DNA from: an uncultured Actinomycetota bacterium
GTDB taxonomy: Bacteria; Auribacterota; Ancaeobacteria; Ancaeobacterales; CAZGMX01
Direction: 5' to 3'
DNA length: 39,326 nt
NCBI GenBank assembly: GCA_964526865.1
Contig: CAZGMX010000001.1
Span: 1-39,326 of the forward strand
Within the stretch, counting starts at the first letter, position 1. Each line of letters opens with the position of its first letter. A model generated the notes under the pieces. That model was not told where the DNA came from. It was given only the letters and a program-made list of their open reading frames with translations, and did not search any database. Both the position numbers and the translations under genes were made by a program. Positions 1 to 12,500 of this stretch are shown in pieces.

Positions 1-3000
1 ATGTGAATGGCAAAAAGAAGACGAGTACAACACAGGGTGGTACGTCTGAAGGGGAGAGATTCAGACAGAGTTCTACATACGACGACAAGGGGTTGAACGT
101 GGTATCAAGCCATCAGGAATCCATGGATGCGTATGGAGTGGGAACTATGACCGACACAACATTTGAGTATGTGAATGGCAAAAAGAAGACGAGTACAACA
201 CAGGGTGGTACATCTGAAGGGGAGAGATTCAGACAGCACTCTATATATGACGACAAAGGAATAAACGTGATAAGTAGTCATCAAGAGTCGATGGACGCGT
301 ATGAAGTGGAAACGATAACAGATACAACGTTTGAATATGCAGGCAGCAAGAAGACGGCAAGTACAACGGCAGGTTCCACATCAGAAGGGGAAACCTTTAC
401 ACAGAATTCCACATACGATGACGGGGGCCAGAACGTGATGTCGAGCCATCAGGAGACGACAGACGCGGATGGAGTGGTGACGACAACCGACACAACATTT
501 GAGTATGCGGGGAGCCGGAAGACGACGAGTATTACAAATGGTTTCACATCAGAAGGAGAGAGATTCACACAGAACTCGCAATACGACGAGCGGGGACAAA
601 ATGTGGTGTCGAGTCATCAAGAGACGACGGATGTAGATGGAATTGTGACAATAACCGACACGACGTTTGAATACGAGGGGAGCAGGAAGACAACGAGTAC
701 AACGACGGGGTCTTCGACAGAAGGAGAGAGATTTACACAGAACTCACTATACGACGCGCTGGGACAGAATGTGACAACAAGCCATCAGGAGACGACAGAT
801 GCGTCTGGCGTGGCGACGATAACCGACACGACGTTTGAGTATGCGGGGACCAAGAAGACAAGAAGTACGACGACGGGATCCACGTCAGAAGGAGAGACAT
901 TCACGCAGGGCTCTGTATACGACGGCAATGGAGCGAACGTAGTGACGAGTCATCAGGAGACGACAGACGTAGATGGGGTGGTGACGATAACCGATACGAT
1001 ATTTGAGTATGTGGACAACAAAAAGGCAACGAGTACAACGACGGGTGGCACGTCGGAGGGGGAAATATTTAGACAAATCTCTACATACGATGCTCGAGGA
1101 AGGAATGTGGTGTCGAGTCATCAGGAGTCCAAGGATGCGGATGGTGTGGAAACGATGACCGACACGACGTTTGACTATTCGGGGAGCCGGAAGATAACGA
1201 GCACAACGGTGGGTGGTACGTCTGAGGGGGAAAGATTCACACAGACTTCTGCATACGATGGCTGGGGAAAGAATGTTATGTCGAGCCATCAGGAGACGAC
1301 AGACGCAGATGGAGTGGTAACGATAACCGACACGACATTTGACTATGCGGGCAGCAAAAAGACAACGAGTACAACGATGGGTTCCACATCAGAGGGAGAG
1401 AGTTTCACACAGCGCTCTACATACGATGAGCGCGGGAAGAATGTAATAAGCAGTCATCAGGAGACGATAGACGTATATGGAGTGATGACGACAACCGACA
1501 CGACGTTTGAGTATGTGGGAAGTAGAAAAACGACAAGTGCCACAAGGGGCGATACGACTGAAGGGGAGAGATTCATACAGAACTCTGTGTACGACGAGCG
1601 CGGGAAGAACGTGGTGTCAAGCCATCAAGAGACGACAGAAACGGATGGAGTAGTGACGACAACCGACACGACATTCGAATATGCGGGGAACAAGAAGACG
1701 GCAAGCACAACGGTAGGTGGTACATCTGAGGGGGAGAGATTCACGCAGGGTTCTGTATACGATGACAGAGGCAAGAACGTAATGAGCAGCCATCAGGTGA
1801 CGACAGAGGCAGACGGAGTGGTGACAACGACCGATACGACGTTTGGATATGAGGGGAACAAAAAGACGACGAGCACGACGACGGGGGATACGACAGAAGG
1901 TGAGACATTCACACAGAACTCTGTCTACGATGAGCAAGGAAAAAATGTAATAAGCAGCCATCAAGAGACGACAGATGCAGATGGAGTGGTAACGACGACC
2001 GATACGACATTTGAGTATGCAAACGGCAAAAAGACAACGAGTACAACGACGGGTGATACAACTGAAGGAGAAACCTTCACGCAGTATTCTACATACGACG
2101 GTAGAGGAAAGAATGTGACGGCGAGCCATCAAGTGACGACAGACACAGATCAAGTGGTGACGACAACCGACACGACATTCGAATATGCGGGGGGCAAAAA
2201 GACGACAAGTACAACGACGGGTTCCACATCAGAGGGAGAAAGATTTACACAGAATTCCACATACGATGATCGCGGGAAAAACGTGGCATCGAGCCATCAG
2301 GAGACGACAGACGCGGATGGAATCGTGACGACAACCGATACGACGTTTGAATACGCGGGGAGCAGGAAGACGACAAGTACAACGACGGGTACGTCTGAAG
2401 GAGAGAGCTTCACACAGACCTCTGTCTACGATGCTCGCGGAAAAAACGTAACAAGCAGCCATCAAGTAACGGCAGGTGTGGATGGCGTGGCAACAACGAC
2501 CGACACGACATTTGAGTTCGTCGAAAACAAGAAGACGGTGAGTACAACGACGGGTTTCACATCGGATGGAGAGACATTCACTCAGAACTCCATATACGAC
2601 GGACGAGGCAAGAATGTCATGAGCAGCCATCAGGAGACGACAGACGCGAATGGCGTGGTAACAACAACCGACACAGCATTTGAGTACGATGGGGATAAAA
2701 AGACGGTGAGTACAGCGACGGGTTCAACATCAGAAGGGGAGACATTCATACAGCGCTCTACTTACGATGATCGAGGGAAGAACGTGGTGTCAAGCCATCA
2801 AGAGACGACGGACGTAGATGGAGTGGTGACGATAACCGACACGACGTTCGAGTATGCGGGGGGCAGGAAGACGAGAAGCACGGCGATAGGCGCCACGTCT
2901 GAAAATGAGAGGTTCACACAGGCCTCTGTCTATGACGGCTGGGGAAAGAATGTGTTGAACAGTCATCAAGAGACGACAGACGCATTTGGATTGGTAACGA

Positions 3001-3527
3001 CAACCGACACATGGTTTGACTATTCGGGGGGCAGGAAGACGATAAGCGGATCGAGCGGCTACACATCAGAGGGAGAAAGATTCACACAGAACTCTACATA
3101 CGATAGCAGTGGGAAGAATGTGGTGGCAAGCCGTCAGGAGACGGCAGACGCAAATGGCTTGATAACGACGACCAACACGGAATACGAGTATGCGGGGAAC
3201 AGAAGGACAATGAGCGTTGCGAACGGGTTCACATCGAGGGGTGAGAGATTTACACAGAACTCCGCATACGACGGCAGAGGAAAGAACGTGGTGTCCACCC
3301 ACCAGGAGACAAGAGACTCGGATGGAACACTGACAACAACCGATACGACATTCGGGTATGCGGGGAGCAGGAAAACAACAAGTGCCGCGACGGGCTCTAC
3401 GTCAGGAGGAGAAACATTCACACAGAACTCAACCTACGACGGCAGGGGAAGAAATGTCGTGTCAAGCCATCAGGAGACCACAGAAGCGAATGGTGTGGTG
3501 TCAACGACCGACACGACGTATGTATAT
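1..3527 (+). repeat. In-frame tandem repeat array: 21 complete units of 168 bp (56 aa), with unit 15 at 165 bp. Left-truncated by the window edge.
   Basis: Unit boundaries read directly from the sequence: 3-170, 171-338, 339-506 ... 2187-2354, 2355-2519 (55 aa), 2520-2687, 2688-2855, 2856-3023, 3024-3191, 3192-3359, 3360-3527. Approximate consensus: AGSKKTTSTTTGSTSEGERFTQNSTYDDRGKNVVSSHQETTDADGVVTTTDTTFEY. Every unit ends in F/Y-E/D/G-Y/F. SHQ is present in 19 of 21 units. Confidence 0.95.
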
Positions 3528-6500
3528 ACAGGGAATAAAAAGACCAAGTGTATTACAAACGGATCTACAGATGGGGAAGCATTTGCTTCCGTGGAATTAT
3601 TTGATGAGAATCCCAAAGGGCCATCCTTTTATGCCTCCAGCTCGGGCAGAGGGGGAGACGCCGTGATTTGCGATCTGACTGTCTTGGCGGAGAATACGCA
3701 AAGAACATGGGAAAGTCCGGGGGATCCGCGAATGGCTTTAAAAGAATTTGCCGAAGCAAATATTCCTACCGACAGTGGATATTCCCTGGGTTGCAGCTCC
3801 TATCGCCCCGACAACGGCATGAAGGATTGGTCTCTATCCTTCTCCAAGACCAAGTCGAAGATCGACAGCGCAACGGGGGCGGTGACCGTTGAAACGATTG
3901 AGCAGGAAACCTTCTACGACACCACCGGTTCCCGCTCCAAAATAGGGCGAACAGCCACATCAACGGGCGATTCATCCAGAGGCGCATTCAGTTGGACAGA
4001 AACGCTGTACAAGACCGATGCCAGGGGAGAGAGGGTCAGAGATACCGCTGTGACGGTGGGGATGACAAAAGAGCTGACGTCCTATATCCAGAGTGATGTC
4101 TTCGACGATGCCCGCCATGTTTCACTCAGCAGCCGGCTGGACAGCACCATACCGGGAGAAACGCCGTCCGATCTGATCAACGGTCCCAAGAGAGGAATCG
4201 TCGAAAATCTCGCCCAAGCAGCAAAATCGGCGGTGAACAACGGCTTGAACCTCGAGATATTTTCCAAGTGCTATATTCCTGGCAACGAAAAGATATCCAT
4301 TACCTATCAACGGCCTTCCGACACAGGCATTGCGGTCGATGTGTTCTCCAAGTCTCAGAACAAACTGAATACCAGCGGGGATTTTGTCCATCAGACGTTC
4401 TATGAAAAAGCAGAAGGCCGCCTGCAGAGCGAACTCCAGAATGTTCCAAAACTCTGCACTGCCCCTCCGGGGATTCAGTCCATCACCCTTTCGGAGACGA
4501 CGACCAGGAAAGGGACGGAAACCCGCAAGCAGGTCGCGGCAACCAGCACGGATGGCAAGACACAGCTCTTTTCCGCATCGATAGAAGGGGCGGATTACGG
4601 GAATACCCTATTAACGTTTGTCCGGCAACTGCGTGGTGAAATACTTGCCCAAGGCGACACGGCCACTGTCGATCAATTAAAGCTGCTCGCATTCACGAGA
4701 CTGACACCCACATGCCAAATACGTCTTGCGTTATCCTTTAACCAGACCGCAACCAACGCAAGGCAGGAATACACCTTCGGCAAGTCAGACAAAGACAAGG
4801 TCTACACGCAAAAAACAGAATATGTATTCGGCTATCCCGACATCATCCAGAAGGCCACGTACGAAGAAGGCAATTCTAGTGAGAAGGGCTACATCGTCAG
4901 TGAGACAAATTACAATCCCGTCAAGTCCCGCAACGTGCCCATCAATCACACGATCACGCAAGACAATTGTGTGCGCCTTAGCTTCGACGACAGAGTCAGC
5001 TCTAAACATGCCAACACAATAGAATACTTGTCTGATTACAGCAGTGGTTGGAAAGACGGAAAAATGCAAACGATCAGGAGTGGAACCATATTCGCGAATG
5101 ACACCTATGCAACTTTGTATAACAGATATTATACCCCCGATGGCTGGTTGAAGGAGCAGTATGAAAACATGCCGCAAGATGAATGGGACGATTTGAAGGC
5201 AAGGGCTGACGAAGAACTGAAAGACGAAGAACGGCCATTGGAGGGAGCGATTACCACCTCTTCTTTGGACATGAATGCGACCGGCACTGCCGGTGGCGCA
5301 GAAGTGAAGACCATTACGACACAATACTCTGAAGGATATCGGATAAGAGATATTGTGGACAGCGCCACGGGGGGATATGATCCCATCACAAAGAAAAATA
5401 CCCTTCCAGTGAGAGCCGTTCGTGAATACAGCCAGACAAATGGAATGCCCAATCCCGTCCTTAAGGATTACACAGATGCCTCTGAAATTCCCAAGGACGT
5501 GATGCCGTTTCTTGCCAGAATCATCCAGAGTGATGGGACCACTATGGAATATCTTGGTGCGGGGTACGAAGGACAAGATGTTTGCATTACCAGGCAAAAT
5601 CAAGAAACCGTTTCAATGCCGTCGCGAACATATTTCGATGGCGTCAGCACTCAAACCATTGATGCCGGCACAACAAAAGAAACACGCCGCTTTGCCCCGC
5701 CGGGTCCCCAAGGAAACAACATGACCATTTTTAAGCCGAGCGAGAAAGATTTAGGGAAAACGAATGAAGTTAAATACGTCCAAGAGGGGACAGATCCGAA
5801 GCAAGACCCCACGGTGCCGGACACCCTCACCGTTTGGGACCAGACAAACACGCCGGCCGAAACAACGCTGCTTCGAAATTATATTGCACAATTTTCACCG
5901 GGCAATTTCATGCTTTACGAGGCGGGGTTCACGTATGGGGCATCAGGAGTCCCGCAACAAGGCCGGCAGATTGAATTTGATGGTGAAAACAACAGGGCAT
6001 ATGAGAGCTATTATCAGGGCGGCAAGAAAGTGCTTCAAACCAACTATTATACGGGGGCCCTAACCGGCGAGCAAATGAAGAGCATCCTGAGTTATAACCC
6101 CAAGAAAAAAGAAACGAAGGTTGATCCCGCCACTGGAAAAACGGAGGAAACAGAATCGTACGGCAACATCGGTCAATTGAAGGGCCCCAATGGCAAGAGT
6201 CTTTTCGTCTCCTATGTTGAGCAGTTCACAAAGGAAGGAACTCTGGCTCAAAGCGTCTGTTATGGCATCGACGGCACCGGCCGGAGTGTCCAACCGGGTG
6301 AGTTTATCCGGTACAACAAGAATGGCACTCGCGCAGCAAGAATTATGAGCAAATCAGGCAGTTCGATGGAACAGTTGCTGAAGGCCCTGGGCAAGGAAGA
6401 CACCGCAAGCCAGGAGATCGTGAGTTCCCAGCTCTTCTCCCTGCAGGAGTGGGATGCCGACGGCCAGCCCGTAAAGTGCATGTTGTATGGGGACGGATGG

Positions 6501-9500
6501 ACCGGCGGCGAGCCCTATGGTTTGGGAAATGTCTTTCTTTACAAGTACACACAACCAGAAGGCAAGTATTTGAATAAAGACGGCACCACGACATGGCAAG
6601 ATAAAAAAGTTTTGCCGGTGATTTATCAGAGTACCTATACGGAAACAACCGAGACGGTGGATGGCAAACAGGTGACAGTCAAACATGCGACAGGGCCGCT
6701 TAAACTCAAGTGGGGTTGGCAGAGCGAAGCGAAAAAGGACGCCTACATCGATGGGTGGGAAGAAAAGTTGTATAAAGATGGAAAGCTGACAGAGTCCTGG
6801 CTCAAGGCCACATACCTTGCCGGCGGGTCTGTTGACGGCCCATTTGGCTCAGCATGCAACAATTGTATCAGGAAAACAGAGTATTCAGCCGAAGAAAAAC
6901 CTCTTCTCATCACTGAGTACGAGGATGGGGAGCTCAAATACAGCATCACGTGTGACAACGCAACAGGCTTGCCTAACAAATTTGTTGTCTATAAAAATTT
7001 CAAGTTAAGAAATGTGGCAAATTCTGCGCACCCATGGCTGGCATTTCTGCCGGCGATCAAGGAAGGGCAAACCGTGGAACTTTATAAAGGGATGACTCTG
7101 ACGCGCGGGGCCGATGGCGCCTGGAGCGGTATTGGCACCTATGACATCAACAAGGGACTCGTGGGGGATGAGTATGTTATTGAATATGTGGATATTAATC
7201 CCGCAGATCCCTTCAAGTGTGAGCGCCACTACAAGGGCAGTAGTCCAGCCGACTGGGCAAACGGCCAAAAATGGTACGCGACAGTGACAGCAAATACAGT
7301 CGTGCCACAGGCCAGCGGGCTAATGACAATTGCCAAAGGGACGCGCTTCCATCTACCCCTCATAAAAGAGCATTATCCATACAGTGACTGGGTGGAGGGC
7401 TACAGGAATTTTGTCTTTATGGACGGCGCGGCGTACTTTGGTCAAGAAGGCCTGTATATTCGGAAAGGATATTCCACAGGGCCGGATGCCCAGGACAACC
7501 AATGCCGGATCCAGTCGATTGAGATTGTGAAGAAGGTGGCCACTGACTATACCACAGAACCCAAAACGATAACTCCTAAAGACAACGGACCATGGTTTGG
7601 AAATTACAATGTTTACCAATGGGACGGAGAGGAACTTCCAGCTCGAAACTATGTCTATAGCACGGATCCCAATTTCTTTATCTACAAGACAGCCCAATGG
7701 AATACGTTGTCGCGCCAGTGTTACGATTCAAATGCGGCGGCGGCAGTGTGGGCAGGAGGGACGGCGGGCGAATTTGTGCCGAACCCGGAATTGTACAGTT
7801 TATCGGGCATAACCATTTCTATTAAGGAGATTCCAAATTATTACGCGAAGCAAATCGGGACGGATGCGAACTATCGCCCCATTTATGCTTACAGGCCATT
7901 TCGTTATTTAGAGGCTACCATATCCGACGAGTGGACTGCCACCGCCACAGTCGATCTAAGAGCGCAACCAGTTTATGATGAGAGCCCCCTGGCCAGGACT
8001 TTCAAGGCGGGCACACAGTTCGGCAATGAAGATGATGTCATTTGCGCCGCCGGTGACTACATATACAAGATCATCTATGAAGTGAAACAAGAGTCGGGTT
8101 CCCCCGTGATTCCGATTGCCGATGGAATGAAAATTCTCCAGTGCCGGGGTGACGTAGAACGGGACGGTTACAAAATGCTCGCGGGCACCCAAATCAGGCT
8201 CGAAGACCTGAACAAATCCCCCCCTGTCATCTACAGCGGGACGATAGAGCAGGATGAATATGTAGAGGTCAAGTCTGATCAAGAGGCCGTGGGGGTAAAG
8301 TTAAAAATGCGCGTAAGACACGTCTTTAAAGACGGCGTGGAAGAAACGGACAAGAAACAAGTCGTCAAAAGATATTCCTACACGCTTGTTTCCGGCAAGG
8401 AAGAATCCGGGACATTTGAAATTCAACTGGTGCCCGTGGGTGCGACCGAAACTGGAGAGCCCACATTTGATCCTCCCAGAGTTCCATATACCAACTTCAA
8501 GACCAACGCCAACACGCGCATTAGATACGTCAACAATGCGATTGCGTCCGCTCAAACAGATGAAGTGAATGTGACCTACGACACGACGAATGCAGATCCA
8601 AACCATGCCCCGCAGGGGTGGATCATCATCGTCGTCAGAAAAGATGTCACGATCAAGCGTCCCGGCTGGGCGGATGAAATATTTAAAGCAGGACAAACAT
8701 ATAAAATGCCGCGAGGCGGCGACAGCACGCCCCGGCCGTATCCGCCGGCGGACGAAAAACTGCCGCTCGTCTATACATATTGGACGGAAGAAGTAAAGAC
8801 CGCCCAGACGGAATACCACACCAATGCGCAGGGTGTCCGGGTCCCAATATCCAGAAAACGCAAGATGATTCAATTGACGAAGGATGACACGCCTGTCGCA
8901 GTCTATGAGGATGTCTATGAGCGCACCACCATTGCCGGCGGTGGTTTTGATTGGAAACACGTCAGCCGGGAATACTTGGAAGATGACATTGAAGGCAGGC
9001 CCAGCACGGCGGAAAAACCCGGACAGTTGACGGTGTATCTTGCGGGCACCAAATTCACTCCGGACAAAAACGGGGACATCAATCCGCTGGCGCCGGATGA
9101 GGGGACTGTCTTGTACTTCGGCGCGCCCGATGCGCAGGGCAACCGGACCATTCGCGAAATGACCGCCAAGGGAGGCTACCCCATCAAGTACGCCGAATAT
9201 GACTACGACCCGGCAAAGAATTATGACAAGGCCTACATGAGCGCGCAATTTTTTAAGGATAATGAGGCCTATCAGGATACCCTCTTTCACAACCTGCCCG
9301 ACAGTGAAAAGGCGAAATGTCTGGTCACGGAGAAGGATCTGGAGGGAAAAACAAAAGTCGAGAACGGAGTCAATGTGCTGAAGGGGTATGTTCAGATTCC
9401 TGGGATAGGGATGATTGTGCCTAATTTCAAGCGCGTTAAGGATGCAATCGGCAAGGAGACAGGAGAAATACTTCCCGGATTCAACTTTGTGCGGTTTATG

Positions 9501-12500
9501 GATGAAAATTACGGAGATTTCCAGGACGATGAAAACGAAGAAGTTGAGGATCCAGTCACGGGTAAAGTCACAGGTCAGGACAATCGCTGGAGAGAATTGG
9601 ATTTTAACGAACAGGGCGAACCCTATTTTGACGCGGATGGAGTGGCCCAGATGAAATATGAATATTCATATCACGAAGATGCAGTCTGGGCCTACGATTA
9701 CACGGAGTTTGATGAAGATGACCCCGATGAAGAGTGGGTGCAGGCGTCATGGGAACTGCACATCCAGACCGTGAAGCAGGACATGGAATATTATGGGTTT
9801 TGGGATGGTCCCTGCGACGGGAGCGTAACGGAACAATTCACCCAGCGGGTGGCGCTCTTCCAGGACTATCAATCCAGAGTCGCCGGCAACATCTACCAGC
9901 GGATGCTCCAGGATACGTATCAGAGCCTGCTCGTATTGTATCAGACGGTGTGCGATAACAAAAACTCGGAGCAGCAAAGGTTGTCCAGCTTTCTTGCAAG
10001 TGTGGATCAGCAAAAGATGAACTACAACGAAATGTTGAGAGTCGAGTTGTCAGATTGGTTTCCAGACCAGGCAAAAATTGCGGGATATCGGGCGGAGCTT
10101 GAAAAGCTTGAGCAGTTACGAGCCAATCAGCTCACGGAAACAGAAGCCATCGTGGAACGGCTTGATGACTATCGCGACGATATCGTCGATCTTTTCGACG
10201 ATTTAGGGCCCTACGGGCCGAGGCGCTATCTGGAGGACGGCGGGATCGACGGAATGAGAGATATTTTGGACGTGCGCGGGCAATTGCTTCCGATCATCAA
10301 CAATTATTTGAGATACCAGGACGGTGCGCCGAACAGTGACGCTCTGAACGGTGAGTTTTTGACGGCGAAGCAGCGCATCGAGGATTCAAAGGCCCAATTG
10401 ACTCCATTGAAAAACAGCGTCAATGGCGGCGATTCCACAGGCTATGGTCAGGCCGTCAAAATATTGAATGACAATCTATTGAGAGTGTCCGATGAAAAAG
10501 TCGATCTTCTGGACAGCATGCTGGGCCTGCTCAAGATGGACAAAGTGGTGGCGCAAATCGAAAGCCTGACCAGCGACTACGACAAATCCGTTACGGATAT
10601 GAAAAGCACGATCCGGTCAACGTTGGCGCGACGATTGGGGGAATTGCAGGACCGCAAGCAAAAGGCCACAGAGTTGAAGGGGGAGTTGGAGGACTTGAGT
10701 ACGGAATTGAACGCGAAAAAATTGGCAATGGCCATGAACTTGGAGCGTGCTTATGGCCAGGCTGGCATACCGCTGGACTCGGCGGCCGCCCTGGTTGACA
10801 GGATTGTCAAAGAAAAATCTGTTGCTTCTATAGCTTCAGCGGCCTGGCAGCCTTATGCAGAATTGACGGAAAGCGATCTCATTAGTGATGCAGCGGCGAT
10901 ATGGGATGCGATGAAGCCGGTCATAGACAAGCAGAATGAAAAACCCGGCGCATACCAGGATATGTTTAATCTGGAGCTCATTGAAACGCTCATAGAACGC
11001 AATACTGCACTTTCGAACGGTTTTGAGGCAAGTTCTGACATGAAAGACTATATCCTGGATACAAGTCTTACCATGAAGGTGGCGGACAGTGTTGGGAACA
11101 TATCGTCTTTCCCGGTCAAAACGTTTTTCCAGACAAGGGAATGGAACCCGACCTTGAAGGCGTATGAAGGCATCTATGACGATTTCCTCGATACTAAATT
11201 GCAGACCTACTACTTGCTAAAGAATCCCGCAAACATCAGGCTCAAGGAATATTTGGCGGCACGGGGCAATGAATTTAAGGCGGATACTACCCTTACGTAC
11301 AGTGTGTCTCACATGAGTCTTTACATGGATAGGATTCTCAATGCCAAGGGGGCGGATGCCGCTTCTCTGAGTGAGGGGTGTCAGGAGACACGTGACAAGC
11401 CGCTGGCCATTTTGGGGAATATCATGGCCTACGTTAAAAAGAATCTCCAGCTTTTTGCCAACGCAGATAAGCCGGAGGTGCACAAACAGAAGGTGTCTGC
11501 CCCGGCGGAAAGATTAGACGGTTCAGATACGACATTGGGTACGCTGTGGGGTGCGACGAAGTATTGGGCGGGAGAAGCATGGGATACGGGTAAAACAATA
11601 TATACAGCTGTTTTGGATATAGGGTATCAGATCGACCGAGCAGTGTATTGGATGTCCGGAGGCACAACCCCTGATGGAATGACGACCTCACTACTTGGCG
11701 AAAAATGGATTCTCGACTACAGGACATCTGCACTGGCCGCCGCAGAAGAGCGGGCATACGGGACCAGAACGTATGACATCAGTGCGGACAAGACCCAACT
11801 TCAAAATAGTGCGGCAATGCTGAATGTCACACCCGAAATCGCTGCCGTGATACAGGAGCGGCAAGACCTTGAAGCCGACCAGGCGGCCTTTTCAGCAGGG
11901 CCTCTTTCAACCGTGTGGTCCGGCGTGTGGTCCGGCATTGGTGCGGCGTGGAATTGGGGTACAGGGCTTATTGATAAAAAACTCTTCAAGACAAATAAAA
12001 TGTTCAATGCATTGGCGCAAGGGTTTTCACAGCCTATACGCTTTCTCAAAGGTGCCGCACAGTTGGTGGCATCCGGGCTCTGTAGTCTTGCGGGTGCCGT
12101 AGTAGCACTGGTTGGGAATTTTATCAGCGGGGGGCACACATGGTGGGATAACCCGCTTACAAAAGCGGGCGTCTATTTGGGGACAGAAGGTCTGCTGAAT
12201 GTTGCTCATGCCTTTGAGAAAAAGCTGACATATGTTGAACCAGGTGCTCTGGAAGCACAGCAGGCTCAGCTGAAAGCCACGCAAGAGCAATATATCCGGG
12301 GGCAGGTTTCGATGAGCCAGCTCATGACGCAAATGGACAGAGCAACCGTGTTGCAGAAGCAGGTGCAACAGCGAGAGATTGCGTTTTGGAGCGGCGCTGG
12401 TCTTGTGATTACGGCGATGCTCGCAAGGGATATCTTTGGTATTGGCAAAGGATTGGCAAAATTTGTAGTGGATCGGTTTGTCATGAACAGAGTGAAGAAT

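Noticed and set aside
1-3527. A CRISPR array or satellite / non-coding tandem repeat as the explanation for the 168-bp periodicity.
   Set aside because: There is no repeat-spacer alternation. The units are contiguous, are multiples of 3 (168 or 165 nt), remain in one open frame, and diverge mainly at synonymous or conservative positions. It is a coding repeat.
10428-10442. G-D-S-T-G, which matches the GxSxG nucleophile-elbow pattern of serine hydrolases.
   Set aside because: It is an isolated pentapeptide in a helical / coiled-coil context, with no flanking beta-strand, His or Asp partners that I can see. Its chance frequency is high.
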